This document shows positions 39,339 through 51,700 of a DNA stretch of 64,000 nt, piece after piece; within the stretch, counting starts at the first letter, position 1, and each line of letters starts with the position of its first letter. Source of the DNA: Macrostomum hystrix (lineage: Eukaryota; Animalia; Platyhelminthes); contig CATNEN010000038.1 of the NCBI GenBank assembly GCA_950097015.1, positions 16,740,001 through 16,804,000 of the forward strand, in the 5' to 3' direction. A model generated the notes under the pieces. It saw nothing but the letters and a program-made list of their open reading frames with translations. It did not search any database and had not been told where the DNA came from. The translations under genes and the position numbers were made by a program.

Positions 39339-39672
39339 TAGGGGTCGGCAAACTCCGGCCCGCAGGCCAGATGCTCCCAAATCCGGCCCGTTTCCCCTTC
39401 CAACACCTATAGTAGCCTGTCTCATCTCTCCCGTGTCTCATCTCTCCCGTGTCTCATCTCTCCCGTGTCTCATTTCTCTCATGTCTCATCTCTCCCGTGT
39501 CTCATCTCTCCCGTGTCTCATCTCTCCCCTTTCTCGTCTCTCCCGTTATCTCTGTCTCAACTCTCCCGTGTCTAATCTCTCCCTTATATCATATTTCTAT
39601 AATCAAAGCGGCCCGCTGTCGTCTTTTAGATTCTCTCTTTGGCCCGCCAGCAAATAATTTTGCCGACTCCTG
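39339..39672. mobile_element. hAT-superfamily MITE carrying an internal 16-bp repeat (TCTCATCTCTCCCGTG)
   Basis: TIRs TAGGGGTCGGCAAA / TTTGCCGACTCCTG, subterminal CGGCCCG motifs, and an 8-bp TSD GGTTACAC / GGTTCCAC (7 of 8 match). Confidence 0.8.
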
Positions 39673-40374
39673 GGTTCCACGATCAAAGTAAAAATCATTT
39701 GCTTAATTAAAATCGAGTACCATTTTAGATATCGAGTGCTGATGGGTAGAAAAACTTCTAGGAAGTAAATGGCTTGATTTTTTAGCTTAATCAGCTACAT
39801 GCACTTTGAATTTCAAGTAGACTGCGAAATCAGAGTTGAAAATAAAAGTATAGTCTTACACTGTAACAAAAAAGCTTTAAGACTAAAAGTACGGAGTCGT
39901 AAATTAGTTACACGGCATGCTTTGACAAGCAGAGCGGGAAAAGGAAATGGTGATAGAAACTTGCAAGCGGATTGAAGCATCAAACAATAATTTTTCGATT
40001 AGAACACAGAAAATTTTACTGAAATCAAAAGTTCGAATTATTATCAATACATTCAAACAAAATAATTTATCATTAAAAATAATCAATAAAAAACTAAAAA
40101 TGAAGGAAAAATCTAACAATAAGATGGGATTGCAAACAAACCATTATTTTGCAGTTCAATATTCGAACAAAAGAGTAACATGACTCTAGATTTTTTGTCG
40201 AAAACTGCAATTCGACGTTATCAAACACAGCAACTTTCTTTTATGCGGCTTACAATCGCAAAAAAACTAAAAAAAACTAAAGTGCAAGCAGAAGATCACT
40301 TGGCAAGCATCAAACTCGACTACCGGCGTTGGTAATTACCGTGGAAGGCTGAAATTGAGGACCTAGGTTTTCAA

Positions 40375-41796
40375 TTAAACATAGGTACCCTTCTCGCCGG
40401 CTGCAGACAGAAGCGGGTCGGCATAGTCGTTTTCCTTCTCCGGCCTCGTGGCCTTCACCTGAGGATTCTCCAGGTAGTTCTTCCACAGCTGCTTCACCAC
40501 GTCGCTGACAACGGGGTCACCCGCGTTTTTGCTGATAATCCGCAGCACGAAGGCGCCATCCGCCCGCAGATGATCGTCTAAGAAGTCGCGAAGCAAGCGA
40601 CGCTCTGCCTGTCCGGACGGCGTGATGTACTTCTTGATGGTTGCGTAGCGCCTCTTGGACACTAGGGTCCATAGAAACCAGGCGATGGCGTCCACAATGG
40701 TGATGACCGAGACGAATACGAGCAGAAACCACAGGAAGATGTAGGCCTGTTTGTAGAGAAAATATTCGCAGACAGTTTAACTACCATTTACAGCGAATTT
40801 AGGGTACATTCTAAGAAAAACGTTGCACCTTCTCATTGAAGAGGTTGACGACCAGCACGCACTGCAGAGTACGGGGGTGCATGTTGCCCAGCACTCGAAT
40901 GTCAAAGTCGCACAGGGTGACTCTGGGGAAGTGGCCGGTGTGGTGCCAGTCCCGGTTGTTGATCAAATCGGTGAGCACCTCCCAGCCGTAGAACTTATAG
41001 TCCGTGCCCAGGAAGTTATTGAGCAGGAAAAACTGGCCAACTACGTTCGCTATGAACAGCAGCTTGATGCACAGGTACATCATGGTGAGATAGTTTCCTG
41101 TCTTGGTGTAGCCGCAGAACAAAAGCCGGAAGACTAGCCGCTTCGCTCGCACAATGAGGCCATACTTTTGTGAGCGCTGCTTCACAATGGTCAGCTCAAT
41201 ATGGCGAGTCAGCTGTGCCACTTTCTCCTTGCGCTTGGATTCATCGTCGTCAAGACAATTGAGAGCGGTAGAGACCAGATCGCTGATGTGGATTCCTGGG
41301 TCAGGAATAGTTAATTAATTGTTAAATCTGAGTGACATTGCCATAGTTATATCCCGACTGTACTTCTGCCTTTGAATTGGCGCAACAGCTTACCCGACTG
41401 CCAGTTGAGCAGTTTCCAAATGGTGCTGGGCAGGTGGAACATGAGCGCCTGTAGAGCAAGCACGAATGGCACCCACTGGTAGTAGGTGAGTTCCTCCTTG
41501 CTGCGGTTCAGGCGGTCACTCGGAATCGACTCATTCTCAGGCACATAGTAGGTGTTTTTCACCCAGCAGAAGCTCTCGGCAAACTGCTCCCAGCCGTCTT
41601 TGAATTCTGGCGGGATCCAGCACTGCACGGGGTCGCCAACTAAGTACATCTTGGTGCCAATGACAGTGGAAATTATGATGATGATAATTGGCGTGTAGTA
41701 CGAGTTAATGCGGTCAACAGCGTCTTCATCAGAGATTCGGTGCTTCCTACTGGTGAACTTGAAGCTCTTCACCGTGTTGAAGAATCCTGTGTCCAT
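40375..41796 (-). CDS. Innexin (second paralog), about 413 aa; complement(join(40375..40746,40829..41295,41394..41796))
   Basis: Motifs DEDAVDRIN, GDPVQCWIP, ESFCWV, YYQWVP, FPRVTLCDF, QCVLVVNLFNEK|AYIFLWF and LRADGAFVLR. GT-AG introns with phases 1 and 0. Confidence 0.93.
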
Positions 41797-42289
41797 GTCC
41801 GCTGCAGCCTGTCTACTGAGCTTGCAGTAGAGTTGTTTTAGTTAATTTTTTTACTTTCTGTGTCGAGCAGTGCTATTTTTCTGACAATCCCTATTTTAAT
41901 TTTAACCTAGCGACAAAAACTGCAAATCAAAGCGCGCTTGTGATTTGATAAGAGAATGCCTTTGGCAAGAAATATTCTTGCTGAATAGTTGCTGATATGG
42001 CTCCCCAATTCCCTGGAGTTGAGCAGAGAATAGTTAACAGCAACAGCTGCACTGGCGGCACAGATTAGGCCAGTGCGAGAAGAGACGAGAGAGAGACAAG
42101 AAATCGAGTACCCATTGGATCTGCAGTTCTGAGAAATCTACTCAAATTTTCTTCACTCCAATGCTGGCCTAAGAATGCTGTTTTTGTTCGAATTTAATTG
42201 ATACGAACAAGCCTTCTCGTGAATCAGATTTTTTTCTAATAAAATTAATATAATTTCAGATTTAGGTTTTTAAAACGTCACTTAACAGT

Positions 42290-42705
42290 CCCGAAGTCTG
42301 GCCTGATTGAGTGATAAGGGTCTGGACCTAAAACTGTTTGTTTCAATTCATTTCTCAATCGGTTAATTAAGTGAGTAATTTCTTACGATTGTGGTCAGTG
42401 CACTTAATTCTTTTGTGTTTCAGTTTACTTAGCTATAAAATGGGTACTGGCTTCCTCGATCGGAAGTCTATGGACTGAACAGCTGTACACAGCCTTTAGA
42501 GACTTTAGAGCGGCTGCGCCTTTGACTGTACATCACACCCAACTAGTGTGATTTCTATTATACACAGGACGTCGAGCTGTGAATCACCTGAATCACCTGA
42601 CGATGAGAAAGTACACTTATTGTGAGTGTGCGCCAGCGTTAGCTGTGCGTGTGTGCTCAGGAGTCTGCGGAACCGACAGAATTGTCGTATACTCACTGGC
42701 TCCCG
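42290..42705 (+). mobile_element. Diverged SINE B (about 42290-42535) followed by a SINE A 3' fragment (about 42590-42705)
   Basis: CACTTAATTC...AAAATGGGTAC and ATGGACTGAACAGCTGTAC match family B. CCTGACGATGAGAAAG...GTGTGCTCAGGAGTC matches family A. Confidence 0.6.
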
Positions 42706-43063
42706 GTTTTGATGAATTGAGTCTTTAGTGTATTCGTAATTGTTTCTAGACATTTTCGTCTATAGACTTAAGCCTTGGGTAAACCTTAAGTGAGATAAAA
42801 ATAAATCATTACACAATTATGGCGGTCATTAATAAATAAATTCATCTCAACCATCTCAAGTCTTGACCATCCTTGAAAGTAGGACTACCAAGCCAATATG
42901 CCGCCCGTTTTTTACCAAGGTGGGAATTCCTTGGTAAAAGTTTTTACTGCTAATGGCCGCTGACTTGAAATCTCCCTTTACCGTAATATAAAATAAGCGG
43001 TCATTGACGAATGGTTTGGATATTAGTAGCTGATCAGTAGTATTAGTAGTAGTAGATTAGTAG

Positions 43064-43870
43064 TATAGCTTTTGCCATTCAATCTCAGTGTTTTGTCATT
43101 CATACTCAGCCCCCATAGAATTAATCCAGCCAGTTGGTGCGGTTTGGCCCATAAACTATCGCTCTGTGCCATTCAATCTCAGGTTTTATCATTCAAACTC
43201 AGGCTTTAATGTAGAGAAGGAATGTGGATAAGGAATGAACAGGTTATTATTCCTCAGCTCGGCTCATGTAACACAGGACCGAAAAACAGACTTGTTAAAC
43301 TTGTTAAACATAATGCAGTTCATACACATTAAAAGTCAAACACCTCTAGCATCATAGTGAGGAACATACGGATTTGAGCGGAATTGTTAAAGTCTTGGAT
43401 CAGAACAATGACTCAGAGAAAAGGAATTTGCATAATGCACCGTGGATACAGTCGGCTGCAGGCAATCTCCCAGTTTGCGGCCTTCAGAGGCGTCAGAGTG
43501 TCCAGTGCAGCGTGGCCCAGGCGCTCCATGTAAGCATATGGCCCATGTAAGTTGGGCCATGTAAGCAAATGCAATGGAAGAAAATTGTAATTTAGCTGTC
43601 TTTTGGAGGACTGCGTTTGAGATACCGAGCTTATAAAGCCTGAGTTTGAATGACAAAACTCGAGATTGAATGGCACAGAGCGATAGTTTATGGGCCAAAC
43701 CGCGCCAACTGGCTGGATTAATTCTATGGGGGCTGAGTATGAATGACAAAACTCGAGATTGAATGGCACAGAGCGATAGTTTATGGGCCAAACCGCGCCA
43801 ACTGGCTGGATTAATTCTATGGGGCTGAGTATGAATGACAAAACACTGAGATTGAATGGCAAAAGCTATA
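43064..43870. mobile_element. MITE with ~145-bp TIRs; the right arm carries an extra 93-bp unit; nested in an older palindromic element (about 42840-44175)
   Basis: 43064-43208 is the reverse complement of 43634-43870 once the duplication is allowed for. Ends are TATAGCTTTTGCC / GGCAAAAGCTATA. An outer pair CATTGACGAATGGTTTGGA / TCCAAACCATTCGTCAATG lies at 43002 and 44023. Confidence 0.75.
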
Positions 43871-44454
43871 TCAGTAGCTGAGACAATAAAATCCAGGATT
43901 TACCATAGACAGCGTCCAATAATGAGCTCTTTGTGTTAACCCGTTTTGTTGACAAAAATACAATTATCCAACCGTCAGCGTGCACATAATGGTGTATTTT
44001 TGCACACTGTCTATGGTAAATGTCCAAACCATTCGTCAATGTGATAGAAGCACGGCTTTCTCAGTCCTAGGCGTTTCTGCACTCAAAAGCCGTGTGCTAT
44101 CTCTCCATTAATGAAACTTTCCAGACCGCTTATGAGGCGTTTTTGTCTATGATCAAGACATGTGGTTGAGAGGAATGGTAGATTATATAGTTATGTTATG
44201 GCCATTATTTAACGCCGAAACATGCTATATAATTGCATTGTATATATAGCATACCAGTAGCCAATTATAATTTTTATTTGAGTTAAGCAATGACAACTTT
44301 TGTCATTGTAAGGCTTCAGCAACGTATTATGGTATAAACGATCACTCAGCGATAATGGCATGTCTATGGCACAAACTGCGCCAATCCGCCATGAGCCAGA
44401 AGCTGACAAAATTTGGACGCTTATATTTGTTTCTTTTCAATTATCAATTAAAGT

Positions 44455-44712
44455 ATTTTACCAACTGGTAAAAGCATTATAAGGCTTCAGGCCATAGACA
44501 AATCAACTCCCCCTATAACGCCGTTGCTTGTCGACCGACAGCCGCCAGATAGCGTTATAGGGGGAGTTGATTTGTCTATGACCTGAAGCCTTATAATGCT
44601 TTTACCGGTTGGCTGCCTCGCAGTTAATGGCGATTACGATCTCGGCGCTACGCGCCTCGATCGACCGCCATTAACTTGCTCGGCACCCAACCGGTAAAGT
44701 TCCATTATAATA
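44455..44712. mobile_element. Non-autonomous double-hairpin element (Crypton-like architecture)
   Basis: A ~55-bp palindrome (…GGCCATAGACAAATCAACTCCCCCTATAACG / CGTTATAGGGGGAGTTGATTTGTCTATGACC…) followed by a terminal hairpin centred on GGCGCTACGCGCC. Confidence 0.6.
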
Positions 44713-45736
44713 CTCTTGCGTATATGTACAATGACAATAAAGTGAAAGGCCTTTGATTCGACTACAACCGTGCAATACTGATCGTAATACCAACAGTGCA
44801 TGATTTTTTTAGAACATTATTTTTTCATTATGTTTCACCCTTCTATAATATGTAGCCTTGTAAAGTTAGAGTCTTAACTGGGAAGAATTCCACAAAAGAT
44901 GCATGGTACCCTTAGAATGCCTCGAGGACGAGAGACAATTGGATCGGGGGAGTGAGACACACCACACAATGGCGCTAACTATATTGATAAGTATTTATAA
45001 ATGCCTAGAGCTTGTAAAATACTAACTCAAGGGCTCCTTCCTAGCAAAAGTTCTTTCCCAAAGATAAGCCGAGCTGCACGTGGCTGTCGCGGTGCCAGAT
45101 ATCAGTAGGCCATTGTTAGGAGCTGGATAGAAATACCATTCAAGCGATAAAACATGCGAGTCCAATTCGGAAGATTTTTTTAGCTAAATAAATGTGCTTG
45201 ATAAAGTTATATTTCATATGGTTTGCAGGAGTGTTTGAACTCAATTGAATAGTAATCAAGTGGAAGTATAATAAGATTTTACAAGGTATTCATACTTTAA
45301 CTAAACAAAAAAATATCGTGTGCAGTTAACAGTTACTCCAGTTATTTTGAGTCACTTTATAAAATGTTAAAAGTTCCGATTAAACAAACGTGTTAGTTTT
45401 AAAATTCGTTAAAGAAAACACAAATGCACTTATTACGCGAAAAAGAAGATTAATATATGCTTAATCCGAAAAATAAAAATTATAGAAGGTAAACATCAAG
45501 GCAAGTAGATTATTATTCTGGTCAGAGATTAAAAATTCTAAAATACAAAAGTAAAGAAAATAATATCACTCGCAATCGACGCTGTAAAATATCCCAATTT
45601 GCAGCACAAAATAGTGGATCATTTCCTGCAAACATACTTTATGTATTGTTTAGTAATGGACATTTTTTAGTTATTTGGCCGTTTTAACTTAGTCAGCATA
45701 GCGTGTAACAGCAGGCACAGGTGAGCGCACAATATG

Positions 45737-48700
45737 CTAGGTATCCAACTGGCACAATGCGCATACACCGCGGTTTATCCAGTGCGTCGCCTCCCTGTCC
45801 GTTGGCAGCTCGATGCAGAGCAGAAAGTTTGTCGAGTGGCCCGTTGTTGATAGCACTCCGCGACGAATCAAAGTTTTATAGACTGCAAAATTATAGTCAG
45901 TTGTCAAATTCGACTTAGTTGATTTGAATTCGAGAAAAAAAAGTTTTCTCAAGCATCTCTAAAGCCTTTCTCACCTGGGCAAGAGTAAGTAGCCTTGCTA
46001 CCGTCAGCAGACGAATTTGACTCAGACTTCTTGGCTGGCACAAACCAGATCACTGGCAGCTCAACGAATAGAATCTTGGAATTGGACTCTGCCAGAGAGT
46101 GTGTCTCAATGCACCACCTGGCCCCCTCCAGGAATAGGCCCCTCACATAAGCTCCGATTGGCTGCAAGGATTCGCGATATTACCAATAAATCAAAAGTAC
46201 ATTTCAATTTGGTATTGCAATTTTATACGTACCGGCGGATCCACTGAGTCGACCTGTGATCCAAGCTTGGTAACCTGAAAGTTCAGCGTCAGATGGTCGA
46301 TGGGTATCTGGTTGGTCCTGGCAAAGTTCTGCAGCACACCAGACAGGAAGGACTGGGTGAAGTAGAACCCGCTGATCCAGAAGACTGACGGCGTCCCTGT
46401 TTCGATCCACGTCTAAAAATTTATGAGAATAATTAGAACTACATGCCAACTAATGTATCTACACTCTACAGTAACTCTTTCTTGACGACTAATTTAACTT
46501 CACAGATTTAGAAACTTTCTCGTCGGGGTGAATTTCATTACGTAACCATGTCGGCTATCATTTTTTACTATTTTGGTTTGACTAAATTGTTAATTTTTTC
46601 TTTTTAGAACCAATGTGGATTCGCCAAAGAAGTTCATACAGATAATAATTTAATAATAATTGATTACACCCGTCCCAATCGGGCCAGATGAGCAGCCGAC
46701 AGCACAGCCGCAGCTATCGCGCGTCGCATCTGAAGGCTGCGTACAGCTGTTCAGTCCATGGACTGGGGGGACGCCACACCCACCTTCAATTATCCCAGCT
46801 GATGCTGCAGGTACCCATAACAGCTGGGTGAACTGAAGCAATGCAGAGTTAAGTGTCTTGCTAAAGTACACAAATTGTTTCAGTGGAGTCGGGAATCGAA
46901 CCCCCGACCTTCAAGTCGTGAGTTCGACGCCCTAACCACTAGGCTACAACGTCTCAACCTCTTAGATTATATTGAAATCTTTCGTAATAGCTTGAGTATT
47001 CTTAACGACAAATTTAATTTTACTTAATTTACGAGGCTCAAACGTATTTTACTTTTTATATCCAAAACTTTCTTGGCAGTATGACTCAGAAACTAGAAAA
47101 TTAAAAACACACCTGAAAGAAGACGATTCTGTGCAGCAAGTCGGTGATGTAGCTTCCCAGAGGCTTGAGGGACGGGTAGCTCTTTTCAAGCCACATCTGC
47201 GGTATCTTGCCCAAGAGCATGTTGTCAAACACTTCTTCCAGCTCGGCTGACAGAATGATCAGGCCCTTGATGGCCTTCAGCAAGTTCTTCAACGACTCGC
47301 TGATCACATTGATAAGTACATTGAAGCGGATGAGCTCCTGAATTAGCACAGTGTTCATGCTTTCCTCGTACAGAACTGGATGCTTCAACTGAAAATGAGC
47401 CATGAGAATTGAAGTTGATACCGGTAATTAACTTTCGCTGTATTAGATAATCTACACCCAATTATTTACGGAAATTTTTTATGACTTCTGTCTTTGGTTT
47501 TTTTAGTTTTGTGTGACTCCATTGACACGCACCTGCGCCTCGTCCACATTAAATAGTCTGGGCAGCTTGGCAAGAATCTCGGAGCTAATCTCCTCAATCA
47601 GCTGCTGGCTGTCGGAGGCACCGGCTACTTCGCGTGGCAGCGTCTTGAGGATCTGGTTGAACAGCTGGCTAGTTTCATTTTGCTCCTTGGTGATGTCGGC
47701 GTTGTCATGGAGACCGAAAATCTGATGGATAGCATTGGTTGAATGTGGCTAAGTCCATAACAAAGATCCTTACAAATGAGACCCTAGTGCAATATAACTT
47801 AGCGTACATCGGGTCTCGGGTTCATTGGCAGCTGCTTGATGTGCTCTAGACAGGAATCGAACTCGGTGCTGACTGGCAGTCCATAGAGACCACTGTCAGT
47901 GAACTTGTACCCGGGATCGCTCAGCAGCTGGTGATTGTAGAACTTGCCTAGAAGGCTCATGATAAGACGCCGGTCCATGCTGTCAGAGACCCGACCGCCG
48001 TAGTTGCACTCACCGGCCAGGTAGGACAGGGCGTCTAGCGGGGGCTCGGCGTAGTCACACACGAACATCTTCCAATACGAAAGAGGATAAGATAACTTTC
48101 TTGAGTTATTCCTCAAGGAAATCGTTAACAGTGGAAAGACGACGGGAGTTCTTCAAATACTCACATTTATCTTTTTTCTATATCTCCTAAAAAATATTCA
48201 AACAATCGCCATGAAAATGCAGCTAGAGCACGGGCCAAATTTTTCCGCTCTATCTGTTGAAACAACTTCCAGAATCACAAATCATTGGCATTGTCGAGAT
48301 ATTCAGTGATTCTCGTCGGGGTGTCTTGCGGCAAAAACCACCAATATCTATAGACATAATCTTCCAGCTCACAAAATGTCATCATGCAACCATGTCGGCT
48401 ATCAGTTTTTACTATTTTGGATTGATTAAAGCGTTTATTTTTTCATTTTTGACTAATATAGATTCGCCATCGAGGTTCATATAGAGAAGTATTAGCTGTC
48501 CTTGTCACCAGGGTCTTCGAGAAGAATCACTGAATATATCGACGATGCTGACATCGGACGGCATTGAAAGTTGGTTCATCGTAAAGGGCGGAAAATCTGG
48601 AATTATATGGTGGAGTTATATTGGGAGCTATTGGGAAGTAGGCAGTGGGTATTTGAGCTACCGCCGTGGTCTTTCCCCAGGGGAGAAATACGCTCGTGGC

Positions 48701-51700
48701 GAGTTGCTTCTACTGTTAAGTTATTGCCATTCATTTTCACTGAATGCTTTTTACGACTCGTGTCGTTTGTCTACGATGCCTCGAAACTCACGTGCAACTG
48801 TCGGCAGGAGATCTGCAGGTCCGAGTCGTTGAACTCGTACGGGATGTTCCAGCCAAGCGGACCGTACTTGCGACGCTCTTGAATCAGCGCGTGGAAGAAG
48901 CACAAGCCGTAGAGCAGTTTCCGGAACACCTCCGGCTTGTTGCAGGTGTCGTAGAAGGACGCATCGTTGATTGGATGGCTCTGGTATGAGCGCAGCAGGT
49001 TAGACCGCAAATTCATCGGAGTTTCATTAGTCATTTTCACCGCTCGCTGCAGAATGCTGACGGGAAAGTCCGGTGTGGGGTAGCTGGTCAGCCACAGTCG
49101 GAACTCTTTGTGCAGCCGCTCAGCGTTGGCGATCAGGAAGTCACAGATCTTCTCGAGCTCAGGCAGCCAGGACACAGCCAGGTGGCAGTTCTGCAGCACC
49201 ACCCAGCTGCCTGTCTTGATTGCCTGAAGGTGTTCAACGGTAGAGGTAAAATAAGGTAAAAAGGTAAAATAAGCAAACGCATTTTTATAAGCGTAATTTG
49301 AGTAGTACTGATGTTCTTACTCACCTCTTCAATCATGACGGCAGCCTTAACACCCTGGCCCTGACCCAGGCTGATAGTGTTCACCTGAATCGCTTTAGTA
49401 GTCTCGGAGCCTGAAGATTTTTTAGATTGGTCGCTTTTTAATAATCAAACTGAACTCAATTTCCCACCTATTGACTTAAACCTCGAAAATAAGATCCACT
49501 TCGCAATAGACTACTCATAGTAAATTAAAATTCGATTCTAGACTAACTGATCAAATTTCTTGGTTTGAGCGTGGCGGAGGACTCAAGCGGAATCGACTCA
49601 CCATCGTCAGCCTGAGTATTCGGCTCGGAGCACCTTCGAGCAGTGCTCAAATCCTTGGCAAATTTGAACAGGCTGTGCAGCGGATCCAGGCCCGGACTCA
49701 GCACCATGAGCAGGGGAATCTCCGGTGTCGAGTCCGCGAAGCTCACCTCCAAGTCGAACGCGGGCGGATCGACAAATGTCCGGCCCATCTCAGCGTCGAT
49801 CAGGTTGAAGATGGCCGGGATGATCTTGTCCGGGCGAAGGCAGCGCAGGATAATCAGGCGCTCCAGGAATGACAGCCGACCTTCGTACGGTGCCGGCAGG
49901 GGCTGCGTGTGCGGCGTCGCCGAGTCGTAGAACGCCTTCCAGTCGGCCTCCTTGAAGCCAGGAAAATCGGCAAAATTTTTATGATAGGCTGAAGTCAGCC
50001 ACGGTACGACTGTGAATTTTCACAACCTGCTCAAAGCCACGGCCGTACAAATCTTCGAGATCGCATCGAAAGCTAGCTCGACCAGGGTACCCTATTCTGT
50101 TCTGAGTGATTTATAGTCTGTTCTGTTTTGTGTCATCGTCCATTCTGTTTTCCTTCATACTCATCCTGACTGTTCTGACATCCTTCTGGTAGGCGGAAAT
50201 CTCAGCGATCATTCCCTCATCTCCGATACACACAGGTGAGTTTGGTGACCTGGGGTTGTCTCCGGTGCGGGCGACCCTAAGTTATTCGCGTCATTGCCTT
50301 CTTGGGATAATTAACTGCTGTATGATGATCACCAGCTAGACTTTATCATATCCACAGTTGAAGCCAAAGTGAATTTATTAAAAAAAATTCTGTAATAAAT
50401 ATTGACAGGTAATAATTACGCTGAGGAAGTCGAATATCTAACTTCTGCAACCCTCCATTTTTTGTCCACATTTCAAAAGCATTCGCCTCGCCCTAAAATA
50501 AAATATAATACGAGTATTTGAGCCATCCAGTACCCAGGAAGTTATTATCCTTAATCCTTTGATTAAAGCCGTTGACAGCAGCAAAAACTGATGCATTTAG
50601 TGCAGTGAAAAGTATATTAAAGATTTAGGGACAGCAAACGAGATTACGGAAGTGCAAATGTACTAAATAATGCCTGTACTAAAATGTTGAAGGTAATAAA
50701 CGCTGGAGTTCAATTATTTAATTACCCAAATATAATTATGATACAATGACGAACACTGCTACTCAGATCGAATGACCCATGCTGCTACTCAGGTAGAATG
50801 ACTCATACATACTACTCAGGTAAAATGACTAATGCTAATAATTAGGTAAAATGACCAAATACTACTACTCAGATATAATAAAGCACACTTCTATTTAGGT
50901 AGAATGACCCACAATTAATACTCAGGTAGAATGACCCACAATTAATACTCCGTTAGAATGACCAATACTACTACTCAGGTAGAATAACTCGTACTACTAA
51001 TCAGGTAGGATGATCCATACTACCTAAATAGAATTATCTATCTATTATCTATCTGGCTCATTCTACTCAGGTGAATGAGCCACTTTAATTTACATGCTAT
51101 ATGAGTACATTATAACAATCTATACTCACGTGCTTCCTTATGTGTGCTTTGATTCCCTTTAGACGGCCCATTGTGGACGCGTGGCTGATCTCGGCCCAGT
51201 TCTTGTCGGGCAGCCAGTCAGATAGTGGATTGCCATCCGGTGAGCTGATGGAGACTCCGCCAGTTAATAGGAAGCGCCACTGGGTGTCGTCCAACTTCCC
51301 GCTGTGGTTTGGTTTCAGGGTACATGCAGCAGTGATAGATTAATTGATGAAAATCGAATATTTTCTTCTGACTGGCATGTGGACAAACTACAAAATACTG
51401 TGTTGATCAGCTGAGGGTAAAATTAATCATTTATTATTAATAATTGGGGGTCACTGGCGTGCGGTTAACACGTTTGCCTCTCGCACCAATGTCCCTGAGC
51501 TCGATTCCGCGGCGAAGTCACATTAAATTGGGGCGCAGCCGCCCTTGAGTGCCAACCTCCAAGGCACAGTGCAAATGTACACTGCCTGACGATGAGAAAG
51601 TCAGGGAGGACGTACGCACCCATGTGAGCGTGCGGCTGCGTACAGTATCTGAGTGCGTGTGTGCTCAGGAGTCAGCGAAATGGTAGAATTCTGAATTTCT

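Noticed and set aside
46870-46955. tRNA genes at SINE heads (also 8835, 10778, 29160-29243, 55410-55458)
   Set aside because: A and B boxes are present, but they run into SINE bodies with ATT tails and no complete cloverleaf could be built.
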